From the human T2T-CHM13v2.0 reference genome, Homo sapiens: 64,000 nucleotides of DNA. The translations under genes and the position numbers were made by a program. Shown here one piece after another: positions 1 to 16,150 of this stretch. The stretch's first letter is position 1, and each line of letters begins with the position of its first letter. The stretch lies in the NCBI RefSeq assembly GCF_009914755.1, contig NC_060931.1. One strand, written 5' to 3'. The notes under the pieces were generated by a model. That model made no database searches and was not told the DNA's origin. It saw only the letters and a program-made list of their open reading frames with translations.

Positions 1-2
1 TG

Positions 3-275
<273 letters not shown>

Positions 276-1005
276 TGACTTGGGAAGCCCACAAGGGGAG
301 CTGTGGCTTGTGGTTATCTTCCCATTCCTGCCCCCTCCCTGTGTGTAGGCAGAGACCGATCCTGTCTTTTGCACCTCATAACTCCCCTGCTTGGGGTAAC
401 TGTGCTTTATCACCTTCTCATCCACCCACCTGTTCATCCATTCGTCCCCCACCAAACATTTTGGAGTACCTACTATGTGCCAGATGAACACAGCTGATCC
501 ATGGTCTCTGCTTTCAAGGGCCTAGCACGTTTGTGGGAGAGACAGACATTTTAATAAGAAACTATAAAATAATACAGTCTCCCATAAAAGAGCTTCCAGA
601 AGAGTACCCGGGGCTACTGAAGAAGAGGGATTTGATTTCCTGGGCATTGGTGGGAGGAATCAGGAAGCCTTTATAGAGTAGGAAATGTTTTAATTGAGTT
701 CAAAACCAGGTGGATCAGAAGGAGGAAGGGCATTGAGCCATGATGGAGGGGACGGCCTGGCAGAGCCACCCCTATCTGTGCAGCCCAGGGCTAAGGCTCC
801 TGCATCCTGGCCAGGCGCCGGCAAGGGTTGGCAGCCTTCAGCACGGGAGTCATGGGGTTTGGACCTTGGCAGATTAGGAAGAGGGCAGTGCTTCTTGCTC
901 CTCAGGATGGTGCTCTCCTCTCCTGCATCTGCTGTTTTATCTTCTCTTTGCCTCTTTCTGGCAGATTAGCAAGGTTCTTATGAAGCATCAAGATGGAAAG
1001 ACAAC

Positions 1006-1251
<246 letters not shown>

Positions 1252-2171
1252 TAATTTTTAAATGGCTTCCCAAACATTCAGAAGTGACTAAAATTATTTA
1301 TTTTGTGGTGACAGAGGTTTTGTTGTCATGCCCTAGGTTAGGTGTATCCCCTCAGAGTATCACTGCCCGTGCTGTGCTGAAGAGCAGTGAGAGTGAGGGC
1401 GAAATTCACACCTGTCTTAAAAATGCATACCCTCTGCAAAAAGTTGGGTTTTCCTTTAATGTAATCGGCACTAGCGACTCAGTTTCACTGTGAGGCCCCC
1501 GGGCGATTGTGAAGGTACCAGGCGATGGTGTTGCTGGCCCAGGGCAGCTTCTGCAGCAGTGCAGGGAGGGCTGGCCAGGATTGTTTAGCCTGTGCCTGTT
1601 TCCTCACGTTTTGTGTGTTGACAGAGCATGATCTAAACATTTTATCAGTTTCTTTTTCATTTACGTAAATTAGGCAGTAGGGAAATCTCAGCTAACTAAG
1701 GTCTTTAAATTTTATTTGGATGAACAAAAAATGTAATCAGAGGGAAGGGAACTCATTTTCCTCGAGGGTCAGAGGCAGGAATCAGAAAGGCTTTCTAGGG
1801 GGTGGGCCTGGCCTCTCCGGTTGTCTGTGAAATTGAGACAGGTATGGGAGTCTAGAAACGGAGTTGCATGTGTGTGATTCCTTTCAGTTACTTTAATTGG
1901 ATCTCTGGTTATCCTTGAACTATCCCCGAATTTAAACAGTTCTTCATGTTTGAGATATAGAAGCATCTTAAGGAGCCTGGGGACTATGGGCAGGGCCTGG
2001 CATAAGCTATTTGTATGTTTAAAAGTGGTATATAATAGTATTAAATTGGGATATAAAGTAGTGTTAAAACATAGTGGAGATTCTTTAATTGTTATTATTA
2101 TTTTTACTTTGGCTTGTTTTTTTTTTTATTTCCCACACTTTACCCTCCATAACAAATGCTCTAAGAGTTGA

Positions 2172-2567
<396 letters not shown>

Positions 2568-2990
2568 TGCCATATCTGATGAAGTCTGTTGCTTCTTCCC
2601 AAAAAGCAGCCAGAAATCTCAATTACATCCCACTGTTAAGAAACTAATATTTGTCATTAATGGAAATAGACAGGCCAACATAGGGACTATGTGGGTAGCC
2701 CTTGCTTTTATTTGTAAAGGTGTCATCGTATGCTGAGTGGCCACTCACTGCAGGCGGGCAGTTTCTTGTCCACAGGAGAAGTCGGTAACTACAGCCAGGC
2801 CTTACAGAGCTGGGGGAAGGCGTTGTGTCACTCATGGAAAACAACACTGAGTGGGAGGGCCCTAAAGAAGATGAGCAGGGGAGTTCGAGTCCCCCAGCTT
2901 CTCCACGGCAGGACATGTGATGATGGCCTCCAAGTGGGGGCAGCCGGAGCTAGAGAAAGAAGAACCAAGGTGAGGGGCTAGAGTGGCATC

Positions 2991-3121
2991 TATTTATTTG
3001 TTTGTTTGAGATGGGGTCTCTCTATATTGCCCAGTCAGGACTGAAACTCCCGGGCCCAGGCGATCCTCCTGCCTCCATCTCCGGAGTATCTGGGATTACA
3101 GGCACACGCACTGCACCTGGC
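2991..3121 (-). mobile_element. Alu monomer (FLAM-like)
   Basis: Single Alu arm flanked by the direct repeat tagagtggc. Confidence 0.8.
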
Positions 3122-3546
3122 TAGAGTGGCTTTTGCAGAATGGATTCATGGGATAGGGCCTGCTGGCCCTTGGTGAAGTTAGCCTGGAAGGATGAGGAGT
3201 CCTTTGTAGGCCAAACCATTGTTATGGACTGTTATGGAATGTGGGTGTTTGTGGGTGTGTGCACGCACTCGCCACAGTTATGTGCCCTCCTTCTTTTTCC
3301 ATTACTAAGTCATAGAAAACGCTGAAAATTCCCCTCCATTTCATTTGTTTGGAAGGGAACAAAAAGAAGAGGTTTTGATAAGATGTAGGCTGCAGCTTCA
3401 GAGAGGTACCATCAGGGTACGGTATTCCTGGGGCCAGGGTAGTGGCGCCAGCGGCAGTCAAAGGTGGACAGTACCCAAAAGGAATATAAATGGAGGCAAA
3501 CAGATTTGGGAACATTTGGTCCCTGTTTGTTTTCAATTATTCTTTA

Positions 3547-3970
<424 letters not shown>

Positions 3971-6679
3971 TTATCTTAGGAGGGACGGACTCCAGCAGGA
4001 CGCGCTTATAAAACAATTGCATCCTCCCGTTCACCGCTGAGCGTGTCAGCTCTGGGGGCCTTTTCTTTCTCACCCTCTGGGTTAAATCTAGGCAGGGCCT
4101 GGAACTTTTTCTTATCACACTCAAATAACATGAAATCTTCCTGTTCTAATTTCAGTGAGTGCAATGCCTGGTACAAAACTCTTCAAAAGTGTCCCGATCA
4201 AAAAAAAGACAGAGAAAGGCTGGCAAACTACCTCAATTAAAGGAGACTGAAGAGGTGTGACAACTTGAGTGCATGATGCTAGGACAGATGCTGGGCTATA
4301 GAGACATTTTGGGGACAAGTGAAGAAATTTAGTATGAACTTAGATTAGATAATAGTATGATATCAGGGTTGAGTTTCCTGGTTTTGATCATTATAACTCT
4401 GGTTATATTATAACTTTGCTTTCTGCTGCCCCATTTCAAAGGACTGCAGACTCATGTATTATCTCACAACTCTGCAGGTGGGGAGTCCAGGTGGGCCTGA
4501 TCAGGTTCTCTGCTTAGAGTCTTAGCCCAAACCAAGGGGCCGGCCAGGCAGGCTCCTGTCTGGAGGCTCTGAGCTCACTTATGCTGTTGCCAGAATCTAG
4601 CTCCTTGCGGTTCTCCTGCTGCCTGCCAGCGGGGAGCACTTTCAGCCCAGGAGCTGCTCTCAGGTGCTTCCCTGTGGCCCCCTCCGTGCTCAGGCCGGCA
4701 GCAGTGTTTGGAATCGTCACGTGCCCTGAAGCTCTGACTTCCTGGGCTGCTGCCAGCTGAGAACAGCACCAGCTTTTAAAGAGCTGTGTAATTAGGTCGG
4801 CTCCACTGGCTAATCTCCCTTTGCTGTGCAAGGTAACGTGATGACAGTGTGACCTCTCATCCTGTTCAGAGTCCCCTAACCTCAAGGGGTAAAGGTTAGG
4901 CCAGGGTGAGGGCCCTGGAGCCCATGTTCGAATCCCACCTACTACCTATGAAAGGGTCCTTTTTTGTTGGGTAATACACATGAAGTATTTAGGAATAAAG
5001 GGACATGCAAACAATTTACTCTCAAATGGTTCAGAAAAATATTGTAGCTATACGTATAGACCCAGCAGGAGAGCGTGCCTGTGAGCTCACAAGCATGCTG
5101 GAACACATGGGGCAGAATGTCAATGATTGGAGTTCCTTGTGTTATTCAATCTTTTCTGTAAATTTGAAATTATATCAGAGATTTACCAAAAGGAAAATGT
5201 AGGAAACAAAAGCCCCGTCTCTGTGTAGTAGTAGAAAATCTGGACTTCATTTAACACTCAATTCTTGCCTTTCCCTCCTCAACCTGCTGCGGCTGTAGAA
5301 TCTGGACCCATGCCATAGGAAGAAAGGGGCTCCTCTTCTCCCACCCCCTGCTGGTTTCAGAATTTCTGACTCATCCTCAGTGGGAATGGCGTTGGTGGGT
5401 GGGAGAGGTATAAGAAAGGTTTCATTTGACATGTAATCTGACACCAGCTACTTAGAGCTGTAGTCCTTTAAAGCTGGTTCTCTTCTTTGGGTGTTTGTGG
5501 GTTCTGCAGTACCCCCAACAGGCACTGAGACCCTCTCGCTTGCAGTTGCCTGGACATGGGTGAATGTCTGCCCTGGCAGCCTGTCTATATAGGCGCCTTC
5601 ACAGGGGAGTATCACACTGGTAGCCAACCGTCACGGGCAGGCCCCACAGACAACGCCAGGCCTCTTCTCATTCCCCATGTGGCCCACATCTGAACCATAG
5701 AAGCACTTCCAGACCCTGTGCTCTCCCAGACCTGGGATTGTAGGCCTTTCTCGACATGGCCACCTCCAAGGCACCCCATGGCTACCTTAGTCTTATCCAA
5801 GGCTGGACTCGTGGCCATTCACGGCTCCCAGAGATACAGGTCAGGTTAAGGGAAAGGGCGCACCCACCACTCCCCACAGTCAGAGAGGCTCACAATATCC
5901 TTGACAATGCTTTCCAGAAACATCCCTGGTGCCCAACTTCCTGGCTCCTTCAGTCTCAGCTCTGTGACTCCTCTCGATGGGCGCAGGCTGGAGCCACAGC
6001 CCCTGGCCCTCAGCCATTCTCTTTCCAGGTCATGTGTCCGTGTCTGGCTTTGGAATGAGGAAGAGCTGGCTCCTGCTCTGGGGGCTTTCAGCCGGAGCAG
6101 GCAGCCGGAATCACACTTTCATATCCTGTGGCTTATGTTTATTGTATTCCTGATTTATTGATTTTAGATATTCTCTATTGATTCCTACTGTGGAAGATGG
6201 AGATACGGCCCTGTTACATCACCTGGGCCCCCGCTTCTCTTCCCTCCATCCTCTCAGAACAGGTACATCACACTTTGTTGGTTACATTGGTATAAATTAT
6301 TTGCCCAGTTATGATTATGTGTGATTTACTGCTGAACAAGGTGGTGTATTGTGATGGTGTTGCCTTCATTGTCGGACTCTTCCCCCTCGAATTGGAAAAT
6401 TTTTTCTTCTTTTTCATTTTTCTCACTTTCTTTACCCTCATCAGTTCTTCCCAGACTGTCCAGTGGAATTATAAAACTCCTCCGAAGAGTCTTTTCCACG
6501 TGACGGGACATCCTGTGATCTCTCCATTTCATTCTTTCTCTGGAGACTTCGCTCCGGGGCCTTCTCCTCCCCTGCTCTGTCTGACCCAGGCAGCTGTTAG
6601 GCCTGCGGCACACCTGTGGTCTGAGATGTGCCTTTGTCTCTCCCCCATTTCCCGAGTCTGTCTCTTCTTTTGTGGTTGA

Positions 6680-7520
6680 CGTCTTCATCTTCTTAGTGTA
6701 CATCCTCCAGTGGCTTCCTAAGGAAGGGTGCAGGGGAGGCCTTCTTTCTGTGACGCATCCTGTCTAAAAACATCATATTCTTCCCTCATGATTCAGTGAT
6801 AACTTGTTTGGGCATATAGGATTCTAGGTTGGAAATACTTTTCCTCAGCATTTTGAAAGCATTGCCCTTTTAGGTTTTACTGGTGCTATTGAGAGGTCTA
6901 GTGCCTTCTTATTCCAGAATCTTTGAACATGACATATTTGTTCTACTCTGAAAGCTTTTGAAATTGATTTCAATTTTCTCAAATTTTTAATGATATGCCT
7001 TGATGTTTTATATAAAGTGTGTTTTTAATCTTTTTTTTTGGGTATCTGGTGTTTCCCTTCCATGTGGAAACTGGTCTTTCCCTGTTTGGGAAAATTTTCT
7101 TGTATGATTTCTTCCTATTTTCTCTTTTCTTTCTTCCAGAAATTCCTTCCTATTAGTTTGATATTGGACTTCCTGGATTGAGTCTCTGGTTTTCTGTTTG
7201 TGTCTTTTTCTCCTATTTTCTGCTTTTATCTTTTTTATACTACTTTCTTGGACATTTCCTCCATTTTATTTTCTAACAATGCTATTTTTTTTATTCTATT
7301 GGGTTTTTTAGTTGCTAAACACTGTTATTTCCTCTTTCATGAATGGCTATCATGAGTTTTCTTTCTAGGAATATTAATTCTCATTATTTTGAAGTTTTGT
7401 TTTGCTTCCTGCTGTATTTCAAGTTTTTCCAAATCTTTTCCTACTTGTTTTGGTTTCTCTCTTTCATGTTAGAGGCTTTTCTTAAATAATTATCTCTCGG
7501 TTCATTCCTGTGTACGAGTA
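6680..7520 (-). mobile_element. Ancient L1M-like fragment
   Basis: T-rich tract with L1M antisense-like words (attctaggttggaaatacttttcctcagcattttgaa). Confidence 0.55.
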
Positions 7521-8745
7521 AGCCTTAGAAACGGACTGGAAGCCCTGTGCATGGCTGCAGACCTGTGCATGGCTGGGAAGCATCAAGAGTAGGTTTCACT
7601 TTTCACTGTAGGATGACCAGTTCTTCTTACTGAAGAACCCACAAAAGTCAGTGTCCATAGATCTTTTGAGGGGAGAGGGAAGGGCAATTCCATTTTTCCA
7701 AAGAAAACGCTTCCCGTCTCCTGTTTGGAGGGTATGATAAGCCCAGCCAACATTCTTGGAGTCGAGCAGTGCACCCCTTGGTCCATAGACATGACTCGAT
7801 CTCCCTGCTTTCAGTACCGCACCACCCCTTCACCTTTCTGTGTACGTGGTATATGGGGTCTGGAGCCTTTCTGGATAAGTTTTTCTGTAGGCCAAACCTC
7901 TGTTCTCCTCTGGGGTGTGGTGGTGGTGTTTCCTGGTTTCCCGGAATAGGTGAGAGGACCTGGGATTGATCAGATCTCTGTCAGATTTGAGCCAGTCCAC
8001 TGCTCCCACCCATTCCCCATCCACCACGTTCTCCCATACCTGTTGCCTGCAGTTTCTGAATCTTTCTGGGATTCTCTGGTACCAACCAGCTTGCTTCTCC
8101 TTGTTAACCCCTCTGCAGGCATTTGGTGTTCAGCTCTGTTTGTTTCTCTTTCTTTTGTCTCCTTCCCTTCCAAAAATGGACTTGCATTCCTAATCCAATT
8201 TATCTTGGGCTTATACCTCATTTTGTTATTTTTATTCCTTTGCCCTCATTTTAGAGATATTTTAAGAAGGATATATGTTCAATTTAACACACTTTAGTAA
8301 TTTACTTATTTATATTTTTATTAGTAGTAAATATGTAGATATTGACACACACATATATGTATCATTATATATATAAGTATATTCAAGCGATCCAAAGATG
8401 AGTAGTGGAAACCAATCTCCCTTTTCCTTTGTCCTTCACTTCCTCCCCAGGAGCACCCACAGGCCCAGTTGCTTGTGTGGCTCTCCACAGAAAGTTTATG
8501 CACACATTCACATAGACACACACAAAAGCATGATGTAGATAGTGATGGATTTTATTTTCAATAGAGGAAATGGTTTATCTGCATACCCCTGAACAATATT
8601 CCTATTTTAAGTAAAGGTTAGTGCTTAATCCAAAGACACAAATCTCCTTTAGTCAGATTTCAGGCTCCATTGCAGGTGGTAGGTATTTCAGGGGGCCCTC
8701 CAAGTGCCCCTTTCAAAAACCCATGTAGTTGGTCACCTTCACAAA

Positions 8746-9286
8746 GGCCAGCTGTGGGGGCAGAGGGGCACACGCATGGGCCAGCTGTGGGGGCAGAGGG
8801 GCACACGCGTGGGCCAGCTGTGGGGGCAGAGGGGCACACGCGTGGGCCAGCTGTGGGGGCAGAGGGGCACACGCGTGGGCCAGCTGTGGGGGCAGAGGGG
8901 CACACGCGTGGGCCAGCTGTGGGGGCAGAGGGGCACGTGCGTGGGCCAGCTGTGGGGGCAGAGGGGCACACGCGTGGGCCAGCTGTGGGGGCAGAGGGGC
9001 ACACGCGTGGGCCAGCTGTGGGGGCAGAGGGGCACACGCGTGGGCCAGCTGTGGGGGCAGAGGGGCACACGCGTGGGCCAGCTGTGGGGGCAGAGGGGCA
9101 CACGCGTGGGCCAGCTGTGGGGGCAGAGGGGCACACGCGTGGGCCAGCTGTGGGGGCAGAGGGGCACACGCGTGGGCCAGCTGTGGGGGCAGAGGGGCAC
9201 ACGCGTGGGCCAGCTGTGGGGGCAGAGGGGCACACGCGTGGGCCAGCTGTGGGGGCAGAGGGGCACGTGCGTGGGCCAGCTGTGGG
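8746..9286. repeat. 33-bp G-rich minisatellite/VNTR, ~16.4 copies
   Basis: Unit GGCCAGCTGTGGGGGCAGAGGGGCACACGCGTG; units start at 8746+33n (e.g. 8911, 9241); variants in units 1 (GCATG), 6 and 16 (CACGTGCGTG). Confidence 0.98.
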
Positions 9287-9619
9287 TGGCACCTTCCACT
9301 TCTCATATGGCTGCTGTTTCCCCCTGCCTCTCTCTCCTGCTTAGTCCCTATGTTTCTTCCTGTTTCCACCCTTCCCCCTCTGGTGTGTATGGCTGGCCCA
9401 TGGATCTGAGGAAGCCCTATCCTAGCTGAGGGCTGCCCCTCCCCTTACTGCCTCTTTGGCACTCTGGGTTTGCGCTCAGCCTGCCCCTGGCCGACTAGAC
9501 TTTATAAGGACAGAACCCAGAGACACCTCTGTGTACTTCAGGGACTGGGTCTAGCTTGAGGGGGCTACTCGATTTGGCCACAGCAGTGACATCAGCATGA
9601 TTCTTCATCCTTACAACAG

Positions 9620-9724
9620 GACCTGCTGCTGCCAAGCCAGACTTGATCTCCAAACTGGAGCGGAGGGCTGCACCCTGGATCAAGGACCCAAATGGGCCAA
9701 AGTGGGGGAAAGGTCGTCCTCCAG
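9620..9724 (+). CDS. ZNF862: ZNF862 coding exon: KRAB-B box
   Basis: ttacaacag|GA acceptor, CAG|gtgagt donor, 105 bp, phase 1-1; (G)[34 protein letters not shown], in frame with both flanking exons. Confidence 0.92.
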
Positions 9725-10519
9725 GTGAGTGTAAACCTACAGCATTCTGAAGGACATGTGCCAGGGCCCAGGCGGCTATGATGAGTCAAACAGCATGAGC
9801 TCAGCTGTGCTCATCTGATGGGGGCCGATTGGGCACCAAGCCTGGCAGGAGGCCCTGGGTAGACAAGATGAATAAGCAACTAACCCTGCCCACAGAGTGT
9901 AGAGTAGTCTGGGAAACAGGGAAAAAACAGGTCCTTTTGTAAGCAGAAGTACTGATGGAGGCTGTGGCAGAGCTGGTGGGAGCAGGTACGTGGGGACACT
10001 GGTCTCGAGGAGCCAGGGGACCCAGAGATCTGTGAGCCTCTCATCCCTTCTCCCTCCTTCTCCAGTGCTCGGTGACAGCACTATTGGTTTGTGAGAATTC
10101 GTTGTCTTGCCTATCTCAATCAGTAATTTCTTGGCTTGTAGTTGCTACACTTACTTCTGTACCTACTTCCTTCTGAGGCTTGTAAAAGCCTTGGCAGGTG
10201 TTTAACCTATTCTATTGTGGAGCCTCACACGAGAGTGAAAGCCACCTGCTTATCCAACAGTCTCTGTGGCCAAGGGGGTTAATTGAACTTATTGGTATCT
10301 GGTGTCACATGATCCCAGGGTAGCTGTGTGGATAGGGTGGTTGGGGCGCTGGTGAAAGAACCCACAAGGATTAGCAACAACTCTGGGGGAGCCAGATGAA
10401 CTTTCACAGATGAGAATGGGTGAGGGTTTAAGTGGACGCCACTTTCTCTAGAAAGAAGGATTGCATTCATCTTCTCTGCCTTGCTTAAGGGATACTTATT
10501 AAATTTGGGGGTGTCTTAG

Positions 10520-12733
<2,214 letters not shown>

Positions 12734-13480
12734 TGAGCCAGAGGCCAATAAGACAGGACTGCAGGTGCCTGTGGAGCTTCTGTCATGCACCCACCCATTT
12801 GCTAGGCCAGTGGGTACTCGATGCGTGACATCCACCCTCCAGGAGCTTGCACCCCTGCCAGGGAGATGACGCACATGTGCTCTAGGCAGCAGGGCTTAGT
12901 GCAGAGAGCGTGCATTTCTAGAGCCTGTCTGCCCTGGTGACAGTGCTATGCTGGCTCTGCCCCCAACTGGCTGTGTGGCCTTGGGCAAGTCTGTCCTTTG
13001 ATGCCTTGGTTTCTCATCTGCCGAATGAGTTGTGTGTGGAAAACACTCAGGACAATGCCTGGCAGGTGGTGCAAATGGTACTAGTTAAAGGTCAAGACCA
13101 CTGCTGGGAGTAAGGAGAGGGCTGACCAGCCCCAGGCAGCGCCATCACATTCTAAGTGGGGCTGTATAGACTCTGGACCGCGCAGGAATTTTCAAGAGGG
13201 AAGAGGTCCATGTGGCTGTGGAGGAGGTGAGATGCGGAGGAGATGGTGGGGCTTTCAGGCAGAAATCTCACGGGGCAGGGGAGAACAGAAACAGCCTCTC
13301 TGGACCGGAGGGCTGGGGTCAAGAACTTGCTTGAGGGGGAAGCTGTATTAGAAGGGAGGGCAAGTTACTGAAAGCCACAGACAGGAAATTTTTCTCTTCA
13401 AGTAGTCACTGAAAACCAAAGAAAATATGCCCATTGTTGGGGTTCTCCAGACCACTTGCGACCACTTGACAAGGATGGAG

Positions 13481-13594
13481 CAGTGCTCTCTCTCCTCGCG
13501 TCTCTAGCTGGCCTCCTTCCGGCTGTTGCTGCTCCCAGTGCTCTCTCTCCTCGCGTCTCTAGCTGGCCTCCTTCCGGCTGTTGCTGCTCCCAGT
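13481..13594. repeat. Perfect 55-bp tandem duplication
   Basis: 13481-13535 is identical to 13536-13590, followed by a third CAGT. Confidence 0.95.
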
Positions 13595-13907
13595 TTTCAC
13601 CTCTGAGTCTGTGGTCACCAGAAATGGGACTGGATCTCATGGCTGACAGAGGCTCTGTAGGAAGCAAGGTGGCCCTGAAGCCACAGTAGGGCAGGTGGGG
13701 ATAAGAAAAGAGACCCCTCACTGATAAGAGAAAGGGAAAGCCGAGAGAGGGCTGGGTGAGTTGCTCTGTGTCCAGCCCTGTGGGTGCTAAGGAGAAAAAA
13801 ATGATGTCAGGTGTGCCCTGATGCGAGTTACTCTTTCCACAGGGACAACAGGACCAGCACAGATTGGTCCAAACACTGCCAAACTACGCACCGATGCCTC
13901 CTTCCAG

Positions 13908-14128
13908 GCAGGGCTCTCAGCCTTGGCATTGTTGATGCTGGGGCTGGGTAATCTCGGTTGGGGGCCCTTCCTGTTCACTGTGGGAACTTGAGCAGCATCC
14001 ATGGCCTCTACCTATTAGATAACCACTGGATACCAGTAGCACACACCCCATTTGTGACCACAAAAATCATCTCCAGACATTGGCAAATGGCCCCTGGGGG
14101 ACAAAATCGCCCCCAGTTGAGATCCCCT
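13908..14128. mobile_element. MER20-like non-autonomous hAT-Charlie element
   Basis: agcagcatccatggcctctacctattagat..ccagtagcac..tgaccacaaaaatcatctccagacattggcaaatggcccctgggggacaaaatcgcccccagttgaga matches the recalled MER20 consensus. Confidence 0.75.
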
Positions 14129-14281
14129 ATCTCAGGATAAAAGAATGAACAGAGTAGGAACAGATGAGGGCTGCAAAGAGCAGTCGTGGTCCTGACTTCA
14201 GTCTGTTCTGCCAAGCTTTCCTCACCAAACAGCCCCTGGGCGAAGCTGGATGTGGAAGGCGGTCACTGTCAGTCAGTCTAA

Positions 14282-14482
<201 letters not shown>

Positions 14483-16030
14483 GGGACAGGGAGTCCTTGG
14501 GACTGCCTTGGAGACGCCTCTGTGATCACTGGGACAGGCTCTGCAGATTCTAGGCTGCCCTAGGATCTTCTGCTGGTGGCGATGGTCTCTAAGCACCAGG
14601 AAGTGGGCAGTGGCATCCCAGAGCAGCAGGGGTATCAGGAGGTGCATGACCTGTTTCCTGAGGCCCCACTCAGCACAGCCATGCCTCACAGCACACAAAT
14701 GTGCCAGAAGGTTCTATATCTCAAGTTCATTTTTAAGGTGCTGCAGAAAATAACCCCATCATGAAAGGTTTCAGCCCCTGAGTTTTGGTGGCAAGAGGAG
14801 TGTCCTGGTAGGGGAGACTGTTGGACATCCCTGGGGAATGTTCCAGGGAGGCTGCCCACAGTCTAAGTGGGAATGGGAAAGACCACCTTGTTAGAGGGGG
14901 AGGTTGCCCCTGCTCTAGGGACAGCTGGCCTGGCTGCAAGAGCCCCCAGAGGCATTGTTCTGGGACTTCCTACCCTGGCTCCCACAGCAGAAGCAGTGAG
15001 GCCGTGGTCTCGTGCGGAACTCTACCTCTTCCCAGGGCTTCCTTTAGGGCGAAACAATCACAAGCCCTTTGCACAGAGCACCCAAGAAAGTTCTCTTCCT
15101 GCAGCTCCAGATGGTGGAGCTGGGCTCTTCTGGCAGGGGGTCTGGTGCTTCCCGGAGAGCCGAGCCGCGTTTAACCCGTGGCATGCCCGGCCCGGTTTAC
15201 CCAGGAGAGGATGGGACGAAGTTGGAGTTGGGAGGCTTGGGATGCAGCCCCAGCTCTGCTGCAGGCAGTGGTCTGATTAATCCCTTCCTCTTTGTGCCTC
15301 AGTTTCCCTCTCCATGAAGTGGCAGCAGAGATCCAAGTGCCTGCTGACTCCCCATCTGCCCTAGGATTAGTGAATGAGAGCCTCGAGCTCCCTGAAAGAC
15401 CTCTGGCTGCAGTGTGGACTTAGCTGCCATCTGCCCCATCCTCGTCCTTAGTGGGACAGGTAGGAATTTGTCTCCAAAGTCCTTGTTGTAGGAGTTGCTC
15501 TCTGAATGCACCATCTGCACGACAGGCTAGTCCACTCTTCTCTGAGCTGCCCTGGGGACTCTGCACCAGGATCTCCAGGGCCCACTGAGACATCCCCGAA
15601 TGGGCGCTCAGTGACAAGGGCTTTGAACAACCTCCTCCAGGGACTTTGGGCCTGCTCTAGCTTCAGAACCACAGAACCACCGCCCTAGAGGCACAGAGGG
15701 GCTTCTGGCACTGCTAGGTTCACACCCTCCTCGCCCATCTTCCTTCCACCTAAAGTGAAGCACTTTTCCTTCCAAGGGCAGCTCCGTCTTGGCAGGCTCA
15801 GGAGGCCGCTTATCAGGAGGAGGATGATTTTGTCTAGGTTCTGCCTTCCTTAACCATGGGCAGGAAATGAGGCAAGTCAGCAGGCAGGGTTTCTCTGCCC
15901 TGCCTGATACTTGTTTTAAACAGGCAGGAAGTGGGCGCCATCCATCCCAGCTTGCTTGCTGCCTGGCTCAGGCAGGTCCTGTGCTGTGCTGCAGGCCCCT
16001 GTGGGTGGGCCCTTTCTCCATAGTCTGCCG

Positions 16031-16150
16031 CTTCCCATTCCCAGGGTAGATGCTGGCATCTGAGCACCTGAGTACCCTTCCTATTCCCAGGGTAGAAGCT
16101 GCTGTCTGAGTACCCTTCCCATTCCCAGGGTAGATGCTGGCGTCCGAGCC
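16031..16150. repeat. Degenerate ~38-46-bp tandem repeat, 3 copies, in the ZNF862 3' UTR
   Basis: CTTCC(C/T)ATTCCCAGGGTAGA(T/A)GCTG..TC(T/C)GAG occurs three times. Confidence 0.85.

Noticed and set aside
8746-9286. Possible CRISPR-like array or CTCF/PRDM9 motif array
   Set aside because: Head-to-tail repeats without unique spacers in eukaryotic DNA; CTCF and PRDM9 consensus matches are only partial.
8660-9429. Six long ORFs (186-241 aa), open in all six frames
   Set aside because: Artefact of a 33-bp (11-codon) GC-rich tandem unit with no stop codons in any frame; intronic, with no protein-like content.
13908-14128. MER20-like hAT element as a remnant end of the ZNF862 ancestral transposon
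   Set aside because: MER20/MER5 are abundant and occur elsewhere in this window; no matching terminal inverted repeats flanking the transposase exon were visible.
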